Assembly: GCA_964187785.1 (NCBI GenBank)
Contig: OZ076413.1
Span: 48,610,001 to 48,674,000, forward strand
DNA length: 64,000 nt
Reading direction: 5' to 3'
Origin: Amphiscolops sp. MND2022
Taxonomy: Eukaryota
The translations under genes and the position numbers were made by a program. The notes beneath the pieces were generated by a model. It was given only the letters and a program-made list of their open reading frames with translations, did not search any database and had not been told where the DNA came from. Position 1 is the first letter of the stretch, and every line of letters begins with the position of its first letter. Below, piece by piece: positions 1 to 11,103 of this stretch.

Positions 1-689
1 TCTTAGGAACTTTTTGGAAATGACTATGCTTCTCTGGATGTAGACTCAATAGCTCTGAATAGTTATAGTTCAAAAACCTGAAACCAGTCACGGTCTCATT
101 TTCGGAAAAAAAAACGAGGTATGTATAGAATTTCAATAAACTTCGCTTGATTTATATCAAGATGATTGTTTTATAGATAAGGGGCAAAAATTTCAATTCT
201 TTCAAGCAATTTTAAGCATTTGATTTCAAAAATTTTGGAAAAGGACGACTTCGAAGACGAGAATTATTCTTCATTTGAGACGGCAGTATTTGACCTTTCA
301 AATTTATAATGATAAATTTCTATTGAGTCTGAGAAAATATGACGCCAATTGAACTGAATAATTGTACTGAATATTTTGAAAGTATATTGTATCAATGAAC
401 AGTAGTACATCTCAGCACTTAGTTAGTTAAACGAAAAGTAAGGTTCAAGATTGGGTCCGATTCGGCATGACATTTTGTGACCCCAGTTTGTAATTTTCTA
501 TGCTTGATATGTGATTCCTTGGGTAACATGATCAACAGCATTATCCAGTATATGATCCACGATATTACCTTGTCTTAGTCAAACATGAACGGACTCACGT
601 AGCAACTGAGTGGAAAATTTCAAAATTGGAAGTATACTCTCATACTCTTATAATCATTGAAAAATGAGGTTTTTTCATTAAATATACAA

Positions 690-1189
690 AAGGACACTAG
701 TGCTAAAATTTCATCAATTTTACATTGCCAAAAATGCCCGAAGGGGTACGCATAAGACTAGAACACCGCTTTTCACTAACTTGACACATGAAAAACTTAG
801 ATTTTCTTGAAAAAACATTTTATTCGAAAAGTTTTCTTCGGGCAAAAGTGCCGAAAAAGAAGCTCGCCAAACGCTCTTTTCAGTCCGAGAACAATTATCA
901 AATAGAAAGGGGTACCCATTGACCAAGTGAAAATCGCACTGAAAATTTCGGGAAAAACGTCATCAACATTGCCGAAAAAACAGTGAAACCAAAAAGCGTC
1001 AAAAACTATGGTACCCAAAGGTGGCACCATTTGGAAACACCCGAGTATGCTTTCTCGTAAAATAGAAAGGCCTATAGAAATGTAAAAAATGAACCTATCA
1101 GTGTGAGGTCTCTGGTCTGGAGAGAAAAAGGAAAAAAGTCACTGTAAGAGTCGGGCATTTTTTGTTTCACAAAAAGCGCCGACTAAAAA
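690..1189 (-). mobile_element. Helentron/HINE-like non-autonomous element (left boundary approximate)
   Basis: The minus strand from 1189 reads TTTTTAGTCGGCGCTTTT...GCCCGACTCTTACAGTGAC, the same terminus as the elements at 9661, 38984 and 46341. Positions 705-760 also match 2291-2345. Confidence 0.55.
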
Positions 1190-2281
1190 GGACCTCTACC
1201 GGGCTGGGTAATAATTCTGCTTTGGACTACAATCATCTTCAACTTCTTCCAAAAATGAAAACATCTGACATATCTATACAATCCTGTTGATTCATTATAT
1301 AGCGCACAATAAAGCACTGTATTGTTTACACCCTCGTTTGATTCTTCCCGGACTATAAGCTGTCACTTGAACGCACGCGAAGCTCTCAGTGTACGAATAA
1401 TTAAAACTCGTTCGCTTCATCTCAAAAAAAGCGCTGAATCACTGCTTCGAGAAAATAAACTGAACAAAGACTTGTAGAGCCGCTGGCTCACTGCTACCAG
1501 AATCGTCGACGAAATGATAGAAGTGTGGAGAAAAACACGCATGGCCGATTTCTATAACATTTCAGCTGACGCAAAAAAAAATTTTTGAAAAATTTTAGCA
1601 AACTTATAAATTAATCACGCATTTGTATTCTTGGCAGCAGTGAATTAGGTCGCTTGTGAGAGAAAGCGCAAAAGAAGCGTAATATCGGAACAAGCACCGA
1701 CAAAGAAAGCAAACATTGAAATTTGCGCTGATCTGATGTTCGGAATTTTTTTTGCTATTTTGGTAACAAAAAATGCCCAACTCTTAGTGAACTGGTGAAA
1801 CTCTCAGTTTTGTGAACTGGGCGTTTCATGCGACACCTGTACGGTTGAAAGATTTGCTCTCGTCGTGATAGCTTAAGAAGCAACCAATCGAAATTTTCAA
1901 ACTTTCGAAATTATGTGAAGAAATTGCAGCTTTTGAAAACTTAAATTCGTTGAGCCAAAGTTGCTTCCAAAAAGCGCCGCTTGAGCGTTAGCGGACCAGA
2001 TATAGGCGCAAAAAGCGATAAGCTCGTTTTTTGGTAAATCCTAATTCAATGCTGGCCAGATATTTTGCGCGTTGTTACAAATATGTTCACACTCCAGGCT
2101 CGACAAACTTTGAGACATCGTCACATATCTTTCATATCCATTTTATCATGGGAGAAAAAAATCAAGTCTTGAAGTTGTTTTCTCACTAATTAAAACACAG
2201 AGGCGGAGCAGTGCTTCGCAAACACTTGCGGACTTTTGAAGGAAACCAAATAAGCAATATCATACGGAGAACCAAGGGTAA

Positions 2282-3130
2282 AAGAACATTAAAATTTCAT
2301 CAATTTTACAGCGCGAAAAAAGACCCGAAGAGATACGCATAAGTCTCGAAAACCATTCTTCCCCAACTGAAAACAGCAAAACCGCATCTTTCTCAACGGA
2401 AAACCTTTAAAACAACAGAAAATTGAGGGAAAAATTTTTTTTGATGGTCCCCAGTAAGTCGCTTACAGCCGAAAATTTTGATGAGTCGTTAACGCTCGCA
2501 AAACGTTTCGTTTCTCATAAAAATTCAGAAGGGGGCTTCGATTCGATGAAAAGAAATTTCAAAGAAGTCGCATAGAAAAAACACCGGTCTTTAAAAAACA
2601 AAAATCGGATATAGCGTGCTGGGCCTGAGAAAACAATTTTAAGACGAAAATTATTCCTTTTGAAAAATCTGCCTTTGAGATTTAACATCCATTCTGTCGC
2701 AAAATTTCAAAAAATTGAAATAGGCACCCTTTGGAGTCTTAAAAAATATTCGAACAAAAATGAGAAATTTGAAGTCTCACAGTGCCGAAAAATCTGAAAA
2801 AGGGACCCTTTGGGATTTTTTAACATTCGTTCTGTTGCAAAATATCAAACAAATTGAAGGGAGAAACCTTTGGGGACATTCGAAAAATTTTCGAAAAGTC
2901 CTACAAAGCCGAAAGGGGGGAAGTCTCTAGTGCCGAAAAAGTGAGAACCTTCTGCTTCGGAATACTTGTAAAAAAATTAGCGCATATGCACGGGTTCGAA
3001 CACGAACCCTCTGGGTTGAAAAGCAAGCATCTTACCACTAGACCACGAGCGCCTGAACTATGCGACTTGCGGGCTGAAACGGCTGAAAGTTGTCGCCCGG
3101 AAAAAAGCACCCGCACTTTCCCATAGCACT
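2282..3130 (-). repeat. Interspersed repeat related to the 690-1189 element, containing a tRNA-like module
   Basis: Shares AAAATTTCATCAATTTT...ACGCATAAG with 705-755 and carries AGTGCCGAAAAA/GGGACCCTTTGGG sub-repeats like the HINE interiors. Confidence 0.45.
2980..3052 (-). pseudogene. tRNA-derived (pseudo-tRNA / SINE-head-like) sequence
   Basis: 73 nt, GCGCTCGTGGTCTAGTGGTAAGATG...TTTTCAA...GTTCGAACCCGTGCATATGCGC. Box A (TGGTCTAGTGG) and box B (GTTCGAACC) are at tRNA spacing. Acceptor and anticodon stems pair poorly, so it is not called a functional tRNA. Confidence 0.6.
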
Positions 3131-3573
3131 TGCTTGTCGCAAGTGTAAACGTCTTTGAATCTTTGCACTGTATGTTATGAAGCCGAGTGTCCTGATATGC
3201 GGAATTCAAGATTGACCAGTTTTGCATTATTTGCAAGTCAAAATGATTCGATATTTGTTCCTCTAATTTCCTAGAACTCACACTAAAATTATTCAACTTA
3301 TCAAAAAATATCAGATGAAGAATTTTTAGAATAAATGTCATACTGGTTGTGAAACGAACTCAAGTTGAATAAGTCCTCTCCCTGAGCAATTGATTGCGTC
3401 ACTGTTATGATCCAAGTACATATAGGTCTTATCTACGGCTGTGCAGATCGAAACTTCCAGAAGCCAGCCAATCAAAACTGGGCCTCAAGCTTTCATTGTT
3501 TACACCCGGATAATGCAAATATTGACAAGTTTCTCCGCGTATAGCAGCACAGTTAACTTCCGGTCACGGCTCT

Positions 3574-4574
3574 TCAGACGTTTCCCTTGAACTTGTTCTC
3601 CATGATCCACTTCAAACGAGCACACAGAGGGTACACGGGTAACCCGACCACGTTGTAATAATCCCCTTCGATGGACTCAATGAAGCTGGCAGCGATGCCC
3701 TGAGCTGCGTAGCCTCCCGACTTGTCAAAAGATTCTCCCAGAGAAAGATAAGCCTGGGAAAATGGTTGTGTTAATTAAAAAAGATATCAACGTCTTCGAC
3801 ATTGATTAAAATTGAGCTATTTTTAAATAACACGAGTTAAAATCAAACACAAACAAAAACTCGAATAAAAACACGAGTAAAAAAATCAAAAGAAGTCAAG
3901 GCATCAACATTTTGGAAGAAAATTAAGGAAAACTGATAAGTGGACACTTTTGCCAACAAATTTGCCCTTTTTATATTTAAATTACATGCATTATCAGTTT
4001 CAAGTGATTTGAAAAACATTCTTGCCACGTCAATTTTGACCACCAAATCAACACAGCCGCAAAAACTTCAAGATAATAGATACAAAAATTATTCAATGCT
4101 CACATCAATCAACTCGGGTGAGAGCTCTGCCAGTTTGACCTTGGTAGTCACCTGGAACTGCTCACACTGCCATTCGCGATCCAAACTGGTTCTGTATAAA
4201 ATCACAACTGAAGACAGAACTTCATGGTTGCAGCCCGACAGAGAACCCAACATTTCCCTGCCATGGGCAAAATCAGCCGGTTTCTCCAGAATCTTATTGC
4301 CTAGCACCACAACTGTATCCGCTCCTATGATCATTCTACAGGGTTTTCCGCTTTCTTCAACTTGCTTTTTGACATCTTGCAACTTCTCGTACGCAGTTTG
4401 CTTCACGTAATCCTCTGGAGTAACGAACGAATCTTTGTTTAAGTCCTCCGGGAACTGAGACACGACAACTTCGTAAGCTAGTTTGATCTGACTGAGCAAT
4501 TGTTGCCTCCTAGGCGAAGAGCTGCCCAGAATAACGTTCAATTTAAGCAAATCATTCAGATAATGCAGAATCAT
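3574..4574 (-). CDS. Maf-family nucleoside triphosphate pyrophosphatase (ASMTL N-terminal/YhdE-like, dTTP/UTP pyrophosphatase); 2 exons, 216 aa
   Basis: Exon 1 4574-4104, phase-0 intron 4103-3754 (GTGAGC...TTTTCCCAG), exon 2 3753-3574 ending TGA. Motifs [36 protein letters not shown] and [10 protein letters not shown] are diagnostic of Maf. Confidence 0.92.
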
Positions 4575-4778
4575 TTCAACCTTAAAAACTTCCCAGTTTC
4601 AACGTCTTGCAACGTTTGATGCTTGAACAAGTGAATGAACTATCTTCACTTTTGAATTATAACAAATAAAGGAACTAAAGGGTCAACATCGCATTATTTT
4701 GCATGTGCACCAAACCCCTTCTAAGTTGTCTTCCTCGATAAATAGTACAATTTTGAATTTCAAAAAAGTTGATATTTT

Positions 4779-7412
4779 CTAGTCATGAAGCTGGTCGTCA
4801 TCGGAGCCATCTTTGAAGATAGAGGAAGTGAGTTGTTCTTCTGTTATTTTAGATCTCTTAGCGGCACTCTGAACATTGTTGAACTTGGTGGCTGTTCTTT
4901 TGCGCACCTCTTCCACAGACTCCTCGTCTCGGGCCCACTCTAACACCAGCCGTCTGCCTAGCAAGTGGGTACTCTGAGACAGAGAATTGAACGCCTTCTT
5001 AGCTTCTTCTATGCTGTGATACTCCACAAAACAGTAGCCACGGTGTGATTTACCTGCAAACAATTACACTATGAAAAACGGCCCGTGGAGATTTTCAAAG
5101 CATTTCCCGCTTTTTGAGCCTGAAACGGGACACTGACTTTTTTTATTGTACTCGATTTAATACTCGATTAAATCCAGCGGCAAAGATCAACTCCGACAGT
5201 CCAGTACAAATCGAGAACATTTCAAGTCGGTACAAACAAAAGAACAAAAATTTCATTTCGACCACCCTATCCGTTCCGTTGTATCCTATCGCATTGTTGT
5301 TTGTCTTTGTTTTAGTTGGGCAAGGGAAAAATCTTGATAGAATTCAGACATGGCGTGGGATCAATCTTAAAATCAATTCTATTCTTTCTGCTTTGGAATT
5401 CGGAAAAAAAACAGTAATACCAGTTCAAAGACAGCAGAAGCAAGTTTGAGATACAACTTGGACTTACTTCCATGTTTTCTAGGCATTCGAACAAACTTCA
5501 GCTCGCCAAAAGCACCGAACAGCTGCTGTATTTCTCTCTTGGTGACTTCAAATGGAAGATTTCGAACCATTATTTTACTGGCTGGTGTTTCTCCATCTAA
5601 GGTTTGAAGCGTTCGACTGCTTTTTGGCCTCAAAGTAGCACGATTCGATAGCTTCAACTCTATTTTGTGACCATCCACTTCGCTAAATTGCATTGTTTTA
5701 ATGGCGTCCAAGGCAGTTTCGTGATTATAGAATTCAATAAAACCATAGCCTCTAGATAACATAGAACCATTTTTCTGGACTGTTGCAATCATGACGCTGA
5801 GTATTTTGTCTGAATACTTCTCAAAAGCGGCTCTAAGAGCACTTTCACTGGTGGAAAAATTCAAATTCTTCACATAAAGGACACCCGGAGTGGAATCTTC
5901 TGTAGTAGGTGGTACTTCTTCGTCTGCCTTTTCAATTTGAGGTTCAGGTCTGGGTCCAATGCAATCGATGGGAGCCCATTCAAGATACAAAGGAGATTCT
6001 TTGAATTCGGTGTAAGCAAGATTCATGAAAGCCCGCTTGGCGTCAGGCTGGTTACGGAAAGATACAAGAGCAGTTAAACCAGAAGGTGGAAAAATAATTT
6101 CATTGAGAGTGCCAAACTTAGAGAATAGTGATTCCAAGTCCTTCTGAGATACAGAGGTGGGTAAATTTTTTACAATCATAATTGTCTTGCTGCGCTTACC
6201 AAGTGCCTGACTGAAAGCATCGAGATTGACGCCGTGGTTAATGAGAAACTGTTTGGTTTCCATGACTAATTTAGTCTCACCCAAAGCGACTCGAACAGCA
6301 ACACTCTGCTTTTTGTTCTCAGAAGCCAAAACATCATGTTTACGCACTCCAAACTTGTCAGATAGAGAATCCACAACTGCATTCGTTCCCATGAAGAGAG
6401 TATTCCAGTTATAGCTCTGATGACTTAGGGCTTTCTGCTGTTCTTTTCGCTCTTTTTGGAAGGATGATTTGAAACCACGAGTACCGCTATTAGCAGTGGG
6501 AACATGCTCTTTCTTGGGCTCATTGCCCGGGTGTATAAGTAATGTTCGTCCGCAAAAATTTGATCCATTCAAAGCTTCATATGCTTTCAATGCACTTTCG
6601 GGGAACATAAAAGTAACAAAAGCGAAACCCATGGGTCGTTCATTTTGGAGATCGACAGGCATATGAACTTCTACAAGCTTACCATATTTACCGAACAACG
6701 CCTCCAAATCGTCCTCACGTACACTATATGACAAATTACGGATAAAAAGTCTTCCTGTGTCAACAATTGCGTCATTTGTTATCACTTCCGCAGCTTTCAC
6801 TGTTAAAGGAGTTTCAGACTGAGAACTGCCTGATTTTTTATGACGAAAAATTCCTATCGTGTGCCCATCGACGATTGAGCCGGCTTTCGATAGAGCTATT
6901 TCTAAATCCTTGGATGATGTGAAAGTGACCACGCAGTTTTTTACACCACCATTGCAGTGAAAATTAACGCCTGCACATTGACATTCTGAGCCGAGAAAGT
7001 TTTTAATGTCATCACTCTTCCAAAATGAGGGGAATTTTTTCAATTTCGCCGCGAAAACTTCAGTTTCTGTGCCCTGCTGATTGGTAGAACTGTTACTCAT
7101 CAATGTTTGCAAAAACGCCATATCGGCATTGCCACTGTTAGTTGACACAGTAACGTTAGGTTCAACAATCATCTTGCGAGCAACTTCTACTTTAACTCTA
7201 CCGCCTTTAACGAACGAATTATTCATTTTACTGCAAGCTGTTACACCACTTTCGTCCAGATCAAACCCAACGAAAGCAAACTTTCGAGACATTCCATTAC
7301 TCTTTCTTTTTAATTGTACATTAGTAACATTCCCATATTGCTCGAAAATAGACCTCAAATCTGCCTCAGTCACTGATTCTGGGAGATCTTTCACAATTAT
7401 TTTTGAAGTCAT
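4779..7412 (-). CDS. RBM19: RNA-binding protein 19 / MRD1 homolog (six RRMs, pre-rRNA processing); 2 exons, 739 aa
   Basis: Exon 1 7412-5468 (MTSKIIVKDLP...), phase-1 intron 5467-5054 (GTAAGT...TTTGCAG), exon 2 5053-4779 (SKSHRGYCFVEY...HLLGRRLVLEWA). Conserved motifs include TGRLFIRNLSY, NWNTLFMGTNAV, AVRVALGET, PLYLEWAP and KIMVRNLPFE. Confidence 0.93.
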
Positions 7413-7439
7413 AAGATATTCTGAAACACACTGCGGAGA

Positions 7440-7521
7440 TATATATATATATATAAATTCTAATACGCCCCGATTTGCGGGCAGGCTTTCATCAATAAAC
7501 ATATAGCAGTTAATTTAATTT
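7440..7521 (-). mobile_element. 82-bp retroposed insertion with (AT)n tail
   Basis: Flanked by a 10-bp direct repeat ACTGCGGAGA (7430-7439, 7522-7531). The insertion is absent from the duplicate locus at 9050-9060. Confidence 0.75.
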
Positions 7522-8335
7522 ACTGCGGAGAAAGTCAGAGATAGACTCGTGGCTGTTTGGAACAACTGGCGAATTGGTTGGCTCTCTTCTGTTTTCCCCC
7601 ACTTCACCAATTTTTTTTTGGAAATTGTGCAAATCGTTAACAAAAAGACTTGGATACAAACCCGAAAGCTTCAAATTTACATTTATTCTTCGTGTGAAAA
7701 TTTAGGATTCAGATACAAACTTCGGTCACATTTTTTCAATAAGTAGTCACGCATTTTTGATGAAGAAATCAACAGCTTCCTGTTTTGAGTCATCAATAAA
7801 CACTTAATACGAACACAATTATAATCAAAAAGCGTGAGCAATGTTTTGTTCAAGCAAAAAACTATTTCAATAGACGTTATTTTCCCATTATGAAATAAGG
7901 TTTTACTTTTAATTAGGCTAGTCTAAAGTTTTTCAGGATATTTACTTCCAAAAATTTCGGTGGTGGGGGATACATAAAAGAGCCAATTGGTTCTCTATAA
8001 TCTACGACAAAAATGAGGGAAATTGGAGCACTATCTATACGAAACTGTAGTCTGACCAGCATTACTTTATGCAGCAGTGTGAAAATTTTTATATATATAT
8101 TTTTTTAAATTTTTTCAACTTTCCTTTTTTTCCACATTCAGATATCATGGATCTTCAATTGCCATGTGTATCATCATGTTGGAGGGAGACGACACACGCC
8201 CGTGGCCTGCAACGACAGTAGAGAACTATCCCAGTAACAAAACAAACAACAAACTATTTATACCAGCCTCGAATCCCAGCACGTTGATCGTCGTGCGAAC
8301 GACAGAGCATTTTACAGAGACGCGTGATGAAAATT

Positions 8336-9032
8336 TCACGTACACTATATGACAAATTACGGATAAAAAGTCTTCCTGTGTCAACAATTGCGTCATTTGT
8401 TATCACTTCCGCAGCTTTCACTGTTAAAGGAGTTTCAGACTGAGAACTGCCTGATTTTTTATGACGAAAAATTCCTATCGTGTGCCCATCGACGATTGAG
8501 CCGGCTTTCGATAGAGCTATTTCTAAATCCTTGGATGATGTGAAAGTGACCACGGTTTTTTACACCACCATTGCAGTGAAAATTAACGCCTGCACATTGA
8601 CATTCTGAGCTGAGAAAGTTTTTATTGTCATCACTCTTCCAAAATGAGGGGAATTTTTTTCAATTTCGCCGCGAAAACTTCAGTTTCTGTGCCCTGCTGA
8701 TTGGTAGAACTGTTACTCATCAATGTTTGCAAAAACGCCATATCGGCATTGCCACTGTTAGTTGACACAGTAACGTTAGGTTCAACAATCATCTTGCGAG
8801 CAACTTCTACTTTAACTCTACCGCCTTTAACGAACGAATTATTCATTTTACTGCAAGCTGTTACACCACTTTCGTCCAGATCAAACCCAACGAAAGCAAA
8901 CTTTCGAGACATTCCATTACTCTTTCTTTTTAATTGTACATTAGTAACATTCCCATATTGCTCGAAAATAGACCTCAAATCTGCCTCAGTCACTGATTCT
9001 GGGAGATCTTTCACAATTATTTTTGAAGTCAT
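8336..9032 (-). pseudogene. Truncated duplicate of the RBM19 5' coding region (RRM1, RRM2, start of RRM3)
   Basis: Near-identical to 6715-7412, with frameshifts at about 8655 (extra T) and about 8553 (2-nt deletion). At 8336 it is joined to a CRE retroposon fragment. Confidence 0.9.
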
Positions 9033-9660
9033 AAGATATTCTGAAACACACTGCGGAGAAAGTCAGAGATAGAATCGTGGCTGTTTGGAACAACTGGCGA
9101 ATTGGTTGGCTCTCTTCTGTTTTCCCCCACTTCACCAATTTTTTTTTTGGAAATTGTGCAAATCGTATAACAAAAAGACTTGGATACAAACCCGAAAGCT
9201 TCAAATTTACATTTATTCTTCGTGTGAAAATTTAGGATTCAGATACAAACTTCGGTCACATTTTTTCAATAAGTAGTCACGCATTTTTGATGAAGAAATC
9301 AACAGCTTCCTGTTTTGAGTCATCAATAAACACTTAATACGAACACAATTATAATCAAAAAGCGTGAACAATGTTTTGTTCAAGCAAAAAACTATTTCAA
9401 TAGACGTTATTTTCCCATTATGAAATAAGATTTTACTTTTAATTAGGCTAGTCTAAAGTTTTTCAGGATGTTTACTTCCAAAAATTTCGGTGGTGGGGGA
9501 AAACATAAAAGAGCCAATTGGTTCTCTATAATCTACGACAAAAATGAGGGAGATTGAAGCACTATCTATACGAAACTGTAGTCTGACCAGCATTACTTTA
9601 TGCAGCAGTGTGAAAATTTTTATATATTTTTCTATTTTTTAAATTTTTTCAACTTTCCTC

Positions 9661-10156
9661 TTTTTAGTCGGCGCTTTTCTTAAGAAAAGAGCCCGACTAT
9701 TACAGTCACTCGTTTTTTTTTTATTTAAGACAGACTCGAAGCGACGAACGTTAAAATTAACGTTCACCTACTAAAAGTACTAAACTACTGGACCGCTAAA
9801 GGCAAACACGGAGAGCGCATTCATTTACTTTTTCAACGCTACATACAAGCCCGGACGGGACTAAAGTTTCGTACACCCCCCCCCCCCCCTTTCGACTTTT
9901 TTTCGGCGCTGTGAGATTTTTTTTTCGAATTTTTTTTAATGTCCCCAAAGGGTCCCCCCTTTGAGTTTTTTGTTATTTTGCTACAGAATGCGTGTTTATA
10001 AATCAAAAAGGGTCCCCCCTTTTACATTTTTCGGCACTGTGCGACATTTTCCGAAAGAATTTTTTTTCCAAAAATTTCAAGTTTTTTTCCAAAAAAAATG
10101 TTTTGCGCTTTTTGAGCCTTAGATATAGCGCCGACTTGAGGCGTTCTCGTCTTGTT
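9661..10156 (+). mobile_element. Helentron/HINE (DINE-1-like) non-autonomous element
   Basis: 5' TTTTTAGTCGGCGCT followed by an internal inverted copy (GCCCGACT), a 3' sub-terminal inverted repeat AGCGCCGACT, and a hairpin (AGGCG-TTCT-CGTCT). It sits in a T run with no TSD; the empty site is visible at 8121-8135. Confidence 0.8.
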
Positions 10157-10660
10157 CCACATTCAGATATCATGGATCTTCAATTGCCATGTGTATCATC
10201 ATGTTGGAGGGAGACGACACACGCCCGTGGCCTGCAACGACAGTAGAGAACTATCCCAGTAACAAAAACAAACAACAAACTATTTATACCAGCCTCGAAT
10301 CCCAGCACGTTGATCGTCGTGCGAACGACAGAGCGTTTTACAGAGACGCGTGATGAAAATTTCACTGCTCTCGCCTAAAACCCTGTACTTCCAAGGCCAC
10401 CGGTCAAAAAATGTATCCATTGTCTAATAATTCGCGATACTTCTCAATTTTACGCGCTTCAGCAACGATGGCGGTGGTTCGCGGGTTGCATAAGGAGCAT
10501 TGATCCAGGCGACTGGGTGAAAGAACATCCACAACCGCGACATACCACTTCAGCTGTTTACCCATTTCCCAAGGAATCATGGTAACACCGTCTGGGTATT
10601 TGCCATCAGTTCACGCGGTACAGTCCACGCGGATCGAGCATTGAAGGCAAGTTGAGTGAC
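10157..10660 (-). mobile_element. CRE-clade non-LTR retrotransposon, 3' part (restriction-like endonuclease), decayed
   Basis: Translates as PDGVTMIPWEMGKQLKW.V.VVD...AEARKIEKYREL...PVALE, the PD-(D/E)xK REL motif typical of CRE elements. A partial copy lies at 8132-8335. Confidence 0.8.
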
Positions 10661-10662
10661 GT

Positions 10663-10905
10663 TTCAAAGTTCGGATGTAACATTTCATAAATTATGAGAC
10701 GATGAGGTAATTTTTCTTTCGTCTATTGTTTTTTTGGAATAGTTGTTTCTCTAAATTTTGTTGGCTAGATTCCGAGTTACGGTTAGGGTACTTGTGTTTT
10801 AATGAAATCAAACACAGCATAATGGAGGAGCAAAAAAGTAACCCGAGCCAACCAGTCTGCCTCAATTCGAACTGTTACTCATACGACAGAAGTCTAATTG
10901 CAAAG
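10663..10905 (+). mobile_element. Left half of the LINE fragment interrupted by the large Gypsy element
   Basis: Joins 31414 onward. The uninterrupted junction is seen inverted at 35041-35085 and about 42550-42595. Confidence 0.6.
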
Positions 10906-11103
10906 TGTCACAGTCCGCTCCAGGACTGGCATGTTCTTGCCGAAGAGTACAGTTTGGAAGAGGACATCGTTGTATAATGTCAGCTAAGTACTGTTGGAAT
11001 TAAAACGATTTTAACTTAATACCAATAGAATAGACTTTGACCAGGAGAAAACGCATTCGTAGGGAGAAAACTAAGCAGCTTACTAAAGGAAAATAATATT
11101 AAA

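Larger units (their letters stand above)
6715..10361. repeat. Tandem duplication: unit 1 6715-8335, unit 2 8336-10361
   Basis: Both units contain the RBM19 5' CDS, its upstream region and a CRE 3' end. The junction shares TCAC (6715-6718, 8336-8339, 10362-10365). Confidence 0.9.

Noticed and set aside
1..485. Possible transposase C-terminal remnant and TIR-like end
   Set aside because: Only a weak resemblance, and the other end would lie outside the window, so it cannot be supported.
1420..2270. Coding-like degenerate sequence
   Set aside because: No recognisable motif or sustained reading frame.
2980..3052. Functional tRNA-Glu(TTC)
   Set aside because: Acceptor and anticodon stems are largely unpaired, and it is embedded in a repeat.
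5379..7502. 707-aa single-exon ORF as the RBM19 protein
   Set aside because: The first 30 codons start in the 82-bp insertion and the last ones are intron read-through. The spliced 7412-4779 model restores RRM6.
3940..9072. Plus-strand ORFs (3940-4410, 7081-7506, 8701-9072 and others)
   Set aside because: They are antisense shadows of the Maf and RBM19 coding sequences.
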